Source: an uncultured Terricaulis sp.
GTDB lineage: Bacteria; Pseudomonadota; Alphaproteobacteria; Caulobacterales; Aquidulcibacteraceae
Reading direction: 5' to 3'
Length of the DNA stretch: 64,000 bases
NCBI GenBank assembly: GCA_964478365.1
Contig: CAYZIJ010000001.1
Coordinates: 133,267 to 197,266 of the forward strand
The position numbers were made by a program, and so were the translations under genes. Under the pieces are notes generated by a model. It did no database searches, was not told the DNA's origin, and worked only from the letters and a program-made list of their open reading frames with translations. This document shows, piece by piece, positions 37,977-47,728 of the stretch. The first letter of the stretch is position 1; each line of letters opens with the position of its first letter.

Positions 37977-38129
37977 TCAGTTGAAGCAGTAGGCGCGCGC
38001 GCCCGGCGAACAGCGTTCGGCGACGTAGGGCAATGCCGTCATGAAGGCGACGAAGAGAAGCCCCGCGATTGCGATGCAGACAGCGGCGATCGCACACCCC
38101 TTCTTCTTCGTTGGATCGATTTCGTCCAC
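37977..38129 (-). CDS. 50-aa single-pass membrane protein directly after murC
   Basis: GTG start 2 nt after the murC stop. KKKG followed by a hydrophobic helix. Confidence 0.5.
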   Translation of the reverse strand: MDEIDPTKKKGCAIAAVCIAIAGLLFVAFMTALPYVAERCSPGARAYCFN

Positions 38130-38131
38130 CG

Positions 38132-39547
38132 CTATGCAACAGCCGCGCCGAGCTTCGCTGGCAGCGCGTTCGCGTACACCGTGATGTCGCCCGCACCCAG
38201 GCACACGACAATATCGCCCGGCCTGGCCTCAGCCCGCACTAGGTCCGGAAGATTGTCGAAGCTCGCAATACGCCGCGCATCGCGGTGACCGTGGCTCTTC
38301 AAACTGATCGCCAGCGCATCAGAATTCACATCGTCAATCGGTGTCTCGCCGGCCGAATACACATCGGCGACGGCAACGATGTCCGCGTCGTTGAAGCACG
38401 TCGAGAATTCTTGGAACAGATCGCGCAAGCGCGAGTAACGGTGTGGCTGCACAACAGCGATCACGCGGCCTTCCGTCATTTCGCGCGCGGCGGAGAGCAC
38501 GGCGGCGATTTCAACCGGGTGATGACCGTAATCATCAACAATGCGGACTTCGTTCCAATAGCCCGTCGTCGTAAAGCGACGCTTCACGCCGGCGAATTTC
38601 TTCAGGCCTGTGCGAATGCCAGCATCCGTCACACCAAGTTCACGCGCGACCGCGATAGCAGCCACCGCGTTCTGGACGTTGTGACGGCCCGCAACCGGCA
38701 AGAAGAGATCGTGCATCGTAACGCCCGGACCTTCGCCCTTCTTGCGCGCGACGACATCGAACGTCGAACCATCCCGCGACGGGCGCACGTTCACGGCGCA
38801 CACATCAGCTTGCGGATTGAAGCCGTAGGAAATGATCCGGCGGTCGCGCACTTGCGCCGCGAGCGCCTGCACCTGCGGGTGATCGAGGCACATCACTGCA
38901 AAGCCATAGAACGGAATGTTCTCAACGAACGTCTGGAACGCCGCGTTCATGGCTTCGACCGAGCCGTAATGATCGAGATGCTCAGCATCCATGTTGGTGA
39001 CGACGACTGCGGTTGCACGCAGACGCGTGAACGTGCCGTCGCTTTCGTCGGCCTCGACCACCATCCACTCGCCTTCGCCCATGCGGGCGTTGGCGCCGTA
39101 AGCGTTGATGATGCCGCCATTGATGACGGTCGGGTCTTTTTGGCCGGCATCGAGCAAAGCCGCGACCATCGAGGTCGTCGTCGTCTTGCCGTGCGTGCCG
39201 CCGATGGCGACGGTCCATTTCAGCCGCATGATCTCGGCCAGCATCTCTGCACGCCGCACAATCGGCGCGCCGCGCTGGCGAGCGGCGTCAACTTCCGGAT
39301 TGCCGTCCTTGATCGCCGACGAGATGACGATAACGCCGGCGTTGGCCGCGTTCTCAGCTTTATGGCCGATCGAGATTTGAATGCCTTGGGCGCGCAAGCG
39401 TTCGATATTGGCGCCGTCCTTGGCGTCGGAGCCGCTGACATCATAGCCGAGATTCTTCATCACGGCGGCGATACCGGACATGCCGATGCCGCCGATACCG
39501 ACGAAATGAATGGTCCCGGTGTCGAACGGAATGGCGCGGCGGATCAT
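38132..39547 (-). CDS. murC: UDP-N-acetylmuramate--L-alanine ligase
   Basis: [38 protein letters not shown]. Confidence 0.99.
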   Translation of the reverse strand: MIRRAIPFDTGTIHFVGIGGIGMSGIAAVMKNLGYDVSGSDAKDGANIERLRAQGIQISIGHKAENAANAGVIVISSAIKDGNPEVDAARQRGAPIVRRAEMLAEIMRLKWTVAIGGTHGKTTTTSMVAALLDAGQKDPTVINGGIINAYGANARMGEGEWMVVEADESDGTFTRLRATAVVVTNMDAEHLDHYGSVEAMNAAFQTFVENIPFYGFAVMCLDHPQVQALAAQVRDRRIISYGFNPQADVCAVNVRPSRDGSTFDVVARKKGEGPGVTMHDLFLPVAGRHNVQNAVAAIAVARELGVTDAGIRTGLKKFAGVKRRFTTTGYWNEVRIVDDYGHHPVEIAAVLSAAREMTEGRVIAVVQPHRYSRLRDLFQEFSTCFNDADIVAVADVYSAGETPIDDVNSDALAISLKSHGHRDARRIASFDNLPDLVRAEARPGDIVVCLGAGDITVYANALPAKLGAAVA

Positions 39548-39611
39548 GAATTCCCCAAACGAAACGTGGCCTCATTATAGGCCGCGCATCGTGTCCGCTG
39601 GAAGGCGATCT

Positions 39612-39950
39612 TTAAGCGCGTGTAAGAATTGCGCGCGACCGGGCCAGCACGGCGCGGGGACCGAGGATCGAAACACTGGCTGCCGCGACGCCAAGCGCCA
39701 AAAGCCCGGCCGCCATGACCAACGGTTGCGCCGTTTCCCAGGTCAGACCAGCCGCACCCGCGATCGGAAAGACCAAACCAATCGCGCTGAAGAGCGCGAT
39801 CTGGTTCAGCGCCTTGCTCACCGCCGCACGGCGGCGGGCGCGGATGCTGGTGCGGGAGAGCACGTCGAAGCGGAAGGCAGGATCGGGCGTCGCGGGCGCT
39901 TCGCCCAGCAAGTCCGCCATCAGGAGATCGTCGTCGCGTTCGCTCATCAT
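39612..39950 (-). CDS. Putative membrane anti-sigma factor
   Basis: ATGA overlap with the ECF sigma stop. Short soluble N-terminus (PDPAFRFDVL) then two TM helices. Confidence 0.65.
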   Translation of the reverse strand: MMSERDDDLLMADLLGEAPATPDPAFRFDVLSRTSIRARRRAAVSKALNQIALFSAIGLVFPIAGAAGLTWETAQPLVMAAGLLALGVAAASVSILGPRAVLARSRAILTRA

Positions 39951-40489
39951 CCCGCCTCCGCAGGCACGCCCAATGCGGCCTGCAAACGCGCGCGCCCGCG
40001 CGTCACATGAGATTTCACCGTGCCCAGCGGGAGTTTCAATATCTCCGCCGCCTCGGCATGCGTAAAGTCCTGCCCCAAACACAGCGCCAACGCCGCGCGC
40101 TGATCATCGGGAAGCTCTTCCATCGCCCGCCTCAAAGCCAGCTTCTGCGCCATCCGGGCGTCTCCGCCTGTCTCTTGCTCTTCCAACTGAGCGTAGGCGT
40201 CATCGCGCGCCATGCGCCTGCTGTCCGCCCTCCGCGCGCGCCGCCAATACTGAAACGCGACGCCGCAAATGAAAGTGCGCAGACGCGAAGAGCCATCGAA
40301 GCGCTCAAGCACTTCCCACGTTCTAGCAAAGGCTTCCTGCGCGAGATCGTCGGCGTCGGCATACGAGCCAACGAAACGGCGCAGGAAGGCGCGCACGGCG
40401 GGCTGGTTCGCATCGACGAGACGGCCAAAGGCGGCCATGTCGCCGTAGCGGGCAGCTTGCACCAGACGCGCCTCCTCGGCGGCGTCCAT
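39947..40489 (-). CDS. ECF RNA polymerase sigma factor
   Basis: AFGRLV, DADDLAQEAF, EAAEILKLPLGTVKSHVTRGR. Confidence 0.95.
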   Translation of the reverse strand: MDAAEEARLVQAARYGDMAAFGRLVDANQPAVRAFLRRFVGSYADADDLAQEAFARTWEVLERFDGSSRLRTFICGVAFQYWRRARRADSRRMARDDAYAQLEEQETGGDARMAQKLALRRAMEELPDDQRAALALCLGQDFTHAEAAEILKLPLGTVKSHVTRGRARLQAALGVPAEAG

Positions 40490-40493
40490 CGCG

Positions 40494-40895
40494 TCAGCTC
40501 TTGCGTCCGAAGATCAACAGCAGCAAAGCGCCGAACGCCATAATGCTCATCACGATTGCGACGATGGCAAAAGCGAACGACCATTCCTGCGCGCGCATGA
40601 ACCAATAGCCAGCGCCGAAGCCCGCACCGAGCGCCGCGAACGTTACGAACGTCCACAAGCGGTTTTCAGTGGGCGTGCGGCCCATGCCGCTACTGGCGCC
40701 ACTGCTCATCTCAGCAGACGCAAGCTTCAACAATTCCGGCGGCGGGTCTTTGCCTTGATCGACGTAGGACTTGATCAAGTCCATCGTTCGGGTCGCACGG
40801 CGATCGGCTTGAAACATACCGATCAGGCCCATCAGCATCCCGAAGATCGGGAACATCAGCCACCAGAACGAATAGAACAACGCGGTGAAGCTCAT
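40494..40895 (-). CDS. Three-TM membrane protein of the ECF operon
   Basis: FWWLMFPIFG, IKSYVDQGKDPPPELL, two C-terminal TM helices. Confidence 0.8.
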   Translation of the reverse strand: MSFTALFYSFWWLMFPIFGMLMGLIGMFQADRRATRTMDLIKSYVDQGKDPPPELLKLASAEMSSGASSGMGRTPTENRLWTFVTFAALGAGFGAGYWFMRAQEWSFAFAIVAIVMSIMAFGALLLLIFGRKS

Positions 40896-40896
40896 C

Positions 40897-41040
40897 TCAC
40901 TTGCCCCCTAGATCGCGGCGGGCGCGATCGTGAATCTCATCGATGCGGCGATTGTCCTGCAGCACGCCGACAAGCGCCATCACCATCCCGAACACGGGGA
41001 AGATGAGCCACCAGAAATCGCGAAACAGTTCTTCAGACAT
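40897..41040 (-). CDS. 47-aa microprotein, truncated paralog of 40494..40895
   Basis: GGAGGG RBS. MSEELFRDFWWLIFPVFGMVMALVGVLQDNRRIDEIHDRARRDLGGK. Stop is 1 nt before the next ATG. Below the ORF-track cutoff. Confidence 0.8.
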   Translation of the reverse strand: MSEELFRDFWWLIFPVFGMVMALVGVLQDNRRIDEIHDRARRDLGGK

Positions 41041-41113
41041 TTGGACCCTCCAGGCGTCTTTGGTCCTCTACCGCCGCTGACGGCGGACCTGGATGCGGAC
41101 CGATGCGAAAATC

Positions 41114-42205
41114 TTAGCGGGCAACGCTTTCGGCCAGGTCGGCCAGCGATTTCGCCGCTTCCGGCTTAGCGGCCGAGCGGGCGGCAGCGGCGCGGACGGC
41201 GAGGCCGTGCGGATCCGCCAAGCGGCGCTCAAGCAATGCGGCCAGCGCACCGGCCTCGAACTCTTGTTCGGTAAACACGTCCGCCGCGCCGACTGAGGTC
41301 AGCCCTTCGGCATTGGCGGTCTGGTGGTCATCCGCCGCCGCTGCGAACGGCACCAGAATAGCAGGCCGCCCCGCCACCTGCAGTTCCGTCACCGACGAGG
41401 CGCCGGCGCGTGAAATGACCAGATGCGTCGCGCCCAAGCGCTGGCCCATGTCATTGAAGAACGGCGCGACGTCAGCGTTCACTTTGGCCTTGGCATATAC
41501 CTTCTTCGCCGCCGCCACCTGCTCTTCGCGCACTTGATGCACGACATCGAGCCGTTGGCGCAGCGCTTGCGGCAGCATGGCGATCGCCTCGGGGATCACT
41601 TCGCCGAACAAGCGCGCACCTTGGCTGCCGCCGATGATCAGCAGATTGAGTCGCCCACCAGCAGGCGCTTCCGGATAAGGCCGCTCGCGCACTGCTAGGA
41701 TCGGCGAGCGCACCGGATTGCCGACGACATGCTTACGGCTCGCAGCACTCTGCGGCAGGCGATCAAGCCGATCGAAGCCGCACGCCACGATAGAAGCGCT
41801 CCCGGCCATTGAGCGATTGACGCGTCCAAGCACTGAGTTCTGCTCGTGAACGAGGATCGGCACTTTATGTGCGCGCGCCGCCATCAAAGCCGGGAAAGAA
41901 GGATAGCCGCCAAAGCCCGCGACCAGCGACGGCGGCAGCTCGGTGAAGCGCTTCTTGGCTTCGTTGATGCCGCGCCAAATCTTGAACAGCGCCGGGATCG
42001 CGGTGATCGGATTAGCGGAGAGCGAGGCGGCTGGAACGTCTTCGATGCGTTCCGCAGGAAAGCCTTCCGCGTATCGGCGGCCGCGCGCGTCCGTCATCAA
42101 GATGACGCGCCAGCCACGGCGAAACATCTCTTCGGCGAACGCAGCGGCGGGGAACAAATGTCCGCCCGTTCCGCCAGCAGCAATGACGACGACTTTTTTG
42201 CTCAT
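41114..42205 (-). CDS. murG: Lipid II GlcNAc transferase
   Basis: GGTGGHLFP, GFGGY, HEQN, GNPVR, GGSQGA, SRAGASSV. Confidence 0.99.
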   Translation of the reverse strand: MSKKVVVIAAGGTGGHLFPAAAFAEEMFRRGWRVILMTDARGRRYAEGFPAERIEDVPAASLSANPITAIPALFKIWRGINEAKKRFTELPPSLVAGFGGYPSFPALMAARAHKVPILVHEQNSVLGRVNRSMAGSASIVACGFDRLDRLPQSAASRKHVVGNPVRSPILAVRERPYPEAPAGGRLNLLIIGGSQGARLFGEVIPEAIAMLPQALRQRLDVVHQVREEQVAAAKKVYAKAKVNADVAPFFNDMGQRLGATHLVISRAGASSVTELQVAGRPAILVPFAAAADDHQTANAEGLTSVGAADVFTEQEFEAGALAALLERRLADPHGLAVRAAAARSAAKPEAAKSLADLAESVAR

Positions 42206-42213
42206 CGCTCAAT

Positions 42214-43353
42214 TCATGTGCGGATCGGACCGGCAAAGAGAAAGGCGCCGGGGCGATCGCGAAGCAGTGAAAGGCAGAGCCCCAAAGCCAGCGCTGAGCC
42301 GATCATCGAGGAACCACCGAAGGATATGAACGGAAGCGTCATGCCCTTCGCGGGCAGCAAACTCAAGTTCACGGCGATATGAATAGACGCTTGTGCGACG
42401 AGAAGCGTCACCAGGCCTGCCGCAGCGATTTGTTCGAAAGGTTCCACGAGCCGGCTCGCGCGCGACAAACCGCGAAACGCAAGCGCGCCGAAAAGCGCAA
42501 TCAATCCAAGCGACGCGAGCAAGCCGAACTCTTCGGCTGCAACCGCAAACACAAAGTCCGCATGCGCATCCGGCAACGAACGCTTGATCACGCCCTCGCC
42601 CGGCCCGCGCCCGAACACGCCGCCCGCGGCAATCGCTTCCAGCGCGCGATTGACCTGGTAAGCCGCGTCGCCTTCGGGATTGAGGAACGTGTCCACGCGT
42701 TCGCGCGCGTGTGGATAAAAGCTGTAGATCGCCCACGCGCTCAAACCCGCGAGCACGGTTCCACCGATCGCCCAACGCAAAGCGAGGCCCGATAAAATCA
42801 GCATCGGTCCCAAACACATCGCCAGAAGCGCAGTCTGACCAATATCTGGCTGCGTGAGCAGCACAGCGGCGGTGAGCGCGTACAAGCCGATCGCGATCCA
42901 ACGCCCCGGAAACTTGGGCGCGCGCACGCTCTCGCCGAGCATCCATGCCCAAACGACGATCAGGGACGGCTTCAGGATCTCCGACGGCTGCAAAGAAGCG
43001 AAGCCAAAATCGAACCAACGCTGCGCGCCCTTCACCTCGGGCCCAAAAAGCGCCGCCAGCGCACACAGCGGCAGAAACAGCGCCACCAGCAACGTCGCCC
43101 CGCGCCGCACCTGGCGCGGCGAGAGCGCCGCCGCTGCAAACATCACGATGACGCCAATCGCCGCGTAAGCAGCCTGGCGGCCAGCGAAGTAGAACGCTTC
43201 CTCGATGCGGATGCGTGCGGTGGCGGCGGGCGACGCCGCCATCGAAAACAGAATACCAAAGCTGAACAGCAGAGCCGCGATGATCAGCAACGGGCGATCA
43301 TAGGTGCGCAGCCTGTCGTACGCCGCGCCGAAGCGTTCGGCGATCACGCTCAC
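42214..43353 (-). CDS. ftsW: SEDS peptidoglycan polymerase
   Basis: KGAQRWF, LQPSEILK, QPDIG, PDAHADF, GMTLPFISFGGSS. Confidence 0.97.
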   Translation of the reverse strand: MSVIAERFGAAYDRLRTYDRPLLIIAALLFSFGILFSMAASPAATARIRIEEAFYFAGRQAAYAAIGVIVMFAAAALSPRQVRRGATLLVALFLPLCALAALFGPEVKGAQRWFDFGFASLQPSEILKPSLIVVWAWMLGESVRAPKFPGRWIAIGLYALTAAVLLTQPDIGQTALLAMCLGPMLILSGLALRWAIGGTVLAGLSAWAIYSFYPHARERVDTFLNPEGDAAYQVNRALEAIAAGGVFGRGPGEGVIKRSLPDAHADFVFAVAAEEFGLLASLGLIALFGALAFRGLSRASRLVEPFEQIAAAGLVTLLVAQASIHIAVNLSLLPAKGMTLPFISFGGSSMIGSALALGLCLSLLRDRPGAFLFAGPIRT

Positions 43354-44771
43354 GCCTTAGCGCCGTTCGACTTTGGCTGCCCGGCCAAGGCCGCGACGCT
43401 GGCCTTGAACTTGTCGCCGCGCTCTTCGTACGAGCGGAACTGATCGAACGAGGCGCACGCCGGCGAGAGCAACACGACCGGATGCGGCTCACCCGAAGCG
43501 CGCGCATCGTTGAACGCAAGCATCACCGCCGCTTGCAGATTGCCGGCCATCACGGTCGCGACCTTGCCGCGCAGCGTGTCGGAGAAATCGCCAGCGCTCT
43601 GGCCAATGAGATAAGCCTTGGCGATGCGCGGGAAGAATTCCGCCAACTCGGCAATGCCGCCGTCTTTCGCCACGCCACCCGCAATCCAATAGACGCGCGG
43701 ATAAACCGCCAACGCCTGCGCAGCGGCATTGGCGTTGGTGGCTTTGCTGTCGTTGATAAAGCGCACGCCTTCGATTGTACCCGCGCGCTCCAAGCGATGC
43801 GGCAAGCCGCCGAACGTCGTCAGCGCAGTCGCAACGATACGATGATCCACACCGAGCGCACGCGTGGCCGCATAGGCCGCTGCCGCGTTCTGCGCATTGT
43901 GCTTGCCCGCCAAAGCTGGCGCCTGCGCCAGGTCAGCGACCACTTCCGAACGCCCGGCGAGCGCATCGACCAACTTGCCGCCAATCGCGGAGACCCCGCG
44001 CCCGAGCGACTGGCCCGACGAAATCGGCGAAACATGCTGCACGCCTGCACGCGTCAGTTCGGTGCAAATCTGCGCACAATAATGATCGTCGACGCCAATC
44101 ACCGCCCAATCAGCCGCGCCCTGATTGAGGAAGATGCGCTTCTTGGCGGCGACATAAGCCGCCATATCGCCATGACGATCCAGATGATCGGGCGTTGTGT
44201 TCAGCCACACCGCCACATCGAGACGCAGACTCGACGTGATGTCGAGCTGATAGGAACTCAGCTCGATCACGTAGTACGCGCCCGCATGCAGCGCCGGCAG
44301 TTCGAGGATCGCGTTGCCGATATTGCCGCCAAGGCGCACGTCCTTGCCGGCCGCTTTCAAAATGTGCGCAATCAATGCCGACGTCGTCGACTTGCCGTTG
44401 GTGCCGGTGATGCCGATCAGCTTCGGCCGCTGCGTCGCTGGCAACGCATTCACGGCGCGCGCGAACAATTCGATGTCGCTCATGATCGGCACGCCGACCG
44501 CTTCGGCAAGCGTCACGACACGATGCGGCTCAGGAAACGTCAGCGGCACGCCGGGCGAGAGCACGAGCGCTGCGAACGAGCGCCAGTCGCGGCTGTTAAT
44601 GTCCGACGTCGGCACGCCTGCAGCCTCCGCAGCCGCGCGCGTTGCGTCGTTATCGTCCCACGCATGCACGCGCGCGCCGCCGGCTGTCAGAGCGCGTGCA
44701 GCAGCCAGGCCAGTGCGCGCGAGACCGAACACGGCAACATCGCGGCCTTTGAATTCAGTGATCGGAATCAT
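43350..44771 (-). CDS. murD: UDP-MurNAc-L-Ala--D-Glu ligase
   Basis: FGLARTG, GITGTNGKSTT, ELSSYQL, PDHLDRH, NDSKATN, SPACASFDQF. Confidence 0.98.
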   Translation of the reverse strand: MIPITEFKGRDVAVFGLARTGLAAARALTAGGARVHAWDDNDATRAAAEAAGVPTSDINSRDWRSFAALVLSPGVPLTFPEPHRVVTLAEAVGVPIMSDIELFARAVNALPATQRPKLIGITGTNGKSTTSALIAHILKAAGKDVRLGGNIGNAILELPALHAGAYYVIELSSYQLDITSSLRLDVAVWLNTTPDHLDRHGDMAAYVAAKKRIFLNQGAADWAVIGVDDHYCAQICTELTRAGVQHVSPISSGQSLGRGVSAIGGKLVDALAGRSEVVADLAQAPALAGKHNAQNAAAAYAATRALGVDHRIVATALTTFGGLPHRLERAGTIEGVRFINDSKATNANAAAQALAVYPRVYWIAGGVAKDGGIAELAEFFPRIAKAYLIGQSAGDFSDTLRGKVATVMAGNLQAAVMLAFNDARASGEPHPVVLLSPACASFDQFRSYEERGDKFKASVAALAGQPKSNGAKA

Positions 44772-44798
44772 GGCTTCGCCAATGGGCAATAGTCTGAC

Positions 44799-44925
44799 CA
44801 CCCATTCCCGGATGCGCGCAGCGCAGTCCGGGACCCATACACACGACTGCGCATCGCATGAAACTCCAAGCAATCGCATTTATGGGTCACGGGCTCGATG
44901 CTCCGCATCGCCCCGGGAATGGGTG
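44799..44925. repeat. REP-like element (CCCATTCCCGG family) between mraY and murD
   Basis: CACCCATTCCCGG...CCGGGAATGGGTG. Confidence 0.8.
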
Positions 44926-44937
44926 TGGGTGTCGTCC

Positions 44938-44965
44938 TACTGCCTACTGCCCACTGCCGATTGCC
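44938..44965. repeat. Heptamer tandem array
   Basis: TACTGCC TACTGCC CACTGCC GATTGCC, same unit as 2042-2069. Confidence 0.75.
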
Positions 44966-45024
44966 TTGTTTCAGCATCACGCGCCGCTTTCCAACGAGCG
45001 AGTTACCTGCGCTGCTTCGCCCCG

Positions 45025-46170
45025 TTAACGCAACTTCAACGTCGCGAGCCCCGCGAGCGCGAAAATCACCGCAATGATCCAGAAACGGATGACGATGGTC
45101 GGCTCTTGCCAGCCGAGCTTCTCGAAATGGTGGTGGATCGGCGCCATCAAGAACACACGTTTGCCGGTGCGTTTGAACACAGCCACTTGCAGCATCACGG
45201 ATAGCGTTTCGAGAACGAACAGACCGCCGACAATCGCCAGCACGATCTCGTGCTTCGACGCGACAGCGGTCGCGCCCAACAAACCGCCCAGCGCCAACGA
45301 GCCGGTGTCGCCCATGAACACGCGCGCGGGCGGCGCGTTGTACCAGAGGAAGCCAAGCGATGCGCCGAGCAGCGCGCCCAGGATGGTTGCGATCTCAGCC
45401 ACACCCGCAACGTGTGGAATACCAAGGTAATCAGAATAATCGACGCGGCCGACGAGGTAACAAATGATGCCGAACGTACCCGCCGCAATCATCACCGGAA
45501 CGATCGCCAAGCCATCGAGGCCATCGGTAAGATTCACGGCGTTGCCGAAACCGACGATGACGATCATCGCAAACAGCACATAAAACGCGAGCAGCTGGAT
45601 GCCCCAGCCGTTCACGAACGGCAGCGCAACGGCGGTCAGCGCGTCGCCGTGCATGAGCGCGTTCCAGAAGCCCATAATGTCGTGCGTTTGGCCGGGCGTC
45701 GTCGCCACCCACTCGGCGACGAGCATGGCTAGCGCGGCAACCAGCGCGATCGTGAACTCAAAGCTTAAGCGCAGTTTCGCGGATAACCCGCCGTGATGTT
45801 GCTTGGTGACCTTCGCGTAGTCATCGACAAAGCCGATGGCGCCAAAGCCCAACGTCACGACCAAAACCGCCCAAACATACGGGTTGTCGAGATCCGACCA
45901 GAGCAGCGACGAGATCGTCAGCGGAATAAGAATAATGAGCCCGCCCATAGTCGGCGTGCCCTTCTTGGTGAGCAGGTGGCCTTGCGGGCCGTCTTCGCGG
46001 ATCGGTTGGCCCTTGCCCTGCTTTTTGCGCAACCACGCAATGAACGGCGCGCCGAACGCGAACGCGATGATCATCGCGGTGAACATCGCGCCGCCGGTGC
46101 GGAATGTGATGTAGTTGAACAGGTTGAAGAATTGCGAGCGCTCTACGAACTGCGCCAAGAGCTCAAGCAT
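45025..46170 (-). CDS. mraY: Phospho-MurNAc-pentapeptide transferase
   Basis: [41 protein letters not shown]. Confidence 0.99.
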   Translation of the reverse strand: MLELLAQFVERSQFFNLFNYITFRTGGAMFTAMIIAFAFGAPFIAWLRKKQGKGQPIREDGPQGHLLTKKGTPTMGGLIILIPLTISSLLWSDLDNPYVWAVLVVTLGFGAIGFVDDYAKVTKQHHGGLSAKLRLSFEFTIALVAALAMLVAEWVATTPGQTHDIMGFWNALMHGDALTAVALPFVNGWGIQLLAFYVLFAMIVIVGFGNAVNLTDGLDGLAIVPVMIAAGTFGIICYLVGRVDYSDYLGIPHVAGVAEIATILGALLGASLGFLWYNAPPARVFMGDTGSLALGGLLGATAVASKHEIVLAIVGGLFVLETLSVMLQVAVFKRTGKRVFLMAPIHHHFEKLGWQEPTIVIRFWIIAVIFALAGLATLKLR

Positions 46171-47578
46171 TCACGTTCCCCCCGTTCGTGACAGCGAGCG
46201 CATTCAGCGCTGCAACCACGCGGCTCATTTTCGAGCCGTTCGATCCCTTCACGAGCACGACGTCGCCTGCCCGTAACGCTGGCGCAATGATCGGAATCAG
46301 CGCGTCCGCGTTCTCGGCATAGCCGCCGCGACGCGAAGCGGGAAGCGCCTCCATAAGCGCCGCCATGCGCGGACCCGCCGCGAATACGAGATCGACGCCG
46401 GCTTGTTCCAGAGGTTGTGCGAGCCCTGCGTGATAGGCGCGCTCGTCCGCGCCCAATTCCAACATATCCCCAAGCGCCACGATGCGACGGCCGCCGTTTG
46501 CGGGCTTACGCGCCGAGAGTGTGGAAAACGCCGCGGCCATCGAGGCGGGGTTGGCATTGTAAGCGTCATCCACAAGCATGAAGCCGCCGAACGCCGCGTC
46601 GATGCGCGTGGCGACGCCTCGGCCGTCGAATGCGCGCAAATGCTCAAGCGCATGCGCGGCGGCTTCAACATCGCCGCCAACAACATCCGTCGCAGCCAAG
46701 GCCGCGATCGAGTTCAGCGCCCAATGCGCGCCTTCGACGCCGACGCGATACTTGATTAGGCGGCCAAGGATTTCCGCTTCGGCGTTAGAGCCGGTTTCAT
46801 CCATGTCGAACCTCAATAGCCGCGCTTCGCACTCAGCGCCACGGCCGAACCGGATCAAGGTCGCGCCATTGCGCTCCGCCGCCGCGATCAAGCGATCCGC
46901 ATGCGGCGCATCGTTCGGTACGATTGCTGCGCCGCCAGGTTCGAGGCCGGCATAGATGTCGCCTTTTTCGTCGGCGACGGTTTCGAGCGAGCCGAGATTT
47001 TCGACGTGCGCGGGCGCGATGGTCGTCACCAACGCCGCGTGCGGTTTCACCAATTGGGTCAGCGGCAAGATCTCGCCGCGATGGTTCATACCGATTTCGA
47101 ACACGGCGAACTGGCTTTCACGCGGCATGCGCGACAACGTCAGCGGCACGCCCCAGTGATTGTTGTAGCTCTTCACGCTGCGATGCGTGCGTCCGCTGGC
47201 GGACAAACAAACCGCCAGCGCCTCCTTCGTCGAGGTCTTTCCAACCGAGCCCGTCACCGCCACGCGCTTGGCAGCACTACGATCTCGCGCTGCTTCGCCG
47301 AGCTTGCGCAAGCCTTCGAGCACATCCGGTACACACAGCGCAGGTCCTAAGCCTTCCGCCGCGCGTGCGTCTGAAATCAGCGCCGCACTTGCGCCGGAAA
47401 CGAACGCTTGCGCCAGGAAATCATGTCCATCGCGCACATCTTTCAGCGCAACGAACAGATCACCCGGCTCGCTCGTGCGCGTGTCAATCGACACGCCATT
47501 GACGCGCCAATCGCTGCCATTGATCAAACGGCCACCGGTTGCGGCTTGCGCCTCTTCTGCGGACCAAAGCTCAGACAT
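46163..47578 (-). CDS. murF: UDP-MurNAc-tripeptide--D-Ala-D-Ala ligase
   Basis: [44 protein letters not shown]. Confidence 0.98.
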   Translation of the reverse strand: MSELWSAEEAQAATGGRLINGSDWRVNGVSIDTRTSEPGDLFVALKDVRDGHDFLAQAFVSGASAALISDARAAEGLGPALCVPDVLEGLRKLGEAARDRSAAKRVAVTGSVGKTSTKEALAVCLSASGRTHRSVKSYNNHWGVPLTLSRMPRESQFAVFEIGMNHRGEILPLTQLVKPHAALVTTIAPAHVENLGSLETVADEKGDIYAGLEPGGAAIVPNDAPHADRLIAAAERNGATLIRFGRGAECEARLLRFDMDETGSNAEAEILGRLIKYRVGVEGAHWALNSIAALAATDVVGGDVEAAAHALEHLRAFDGRGVATRIDAAFGGFMLVDDAYNANPASMAAAFSTLSARKPANGGRRIVALGDMLELGADERAYHAGLAQPLEQAGVDLVFAAGPRMAALMEALPASRRGGYAENADALIPIIAPALRAGDVVLVKGSNGSKMSRVVAALNALAVTNGGNVNA

Positions 47579-47602
47579 GCGCCGCTCTCTCCAACTTGAA
47601 CT

Positions 47603-47712
47603 CGTCATTCCGGGGCGACCGCAGGTCGAGCCCGGAACCCAGGGGCTGACAAAGCGCGGTGCGTTGGCCCCTAGCTTCCGGGCTCTTCGCTTCGCGAAGC
47701 CCCGGAATGACG
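47603..47712. repeat. REP-like element, CGTCAT family, between murE and murF
   Basis: CGTCATTCCGG...CCGGAATGACG. Confidence 0.85.
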
Positions 47713-47728
47713 AGAGAAATAGAAACGC

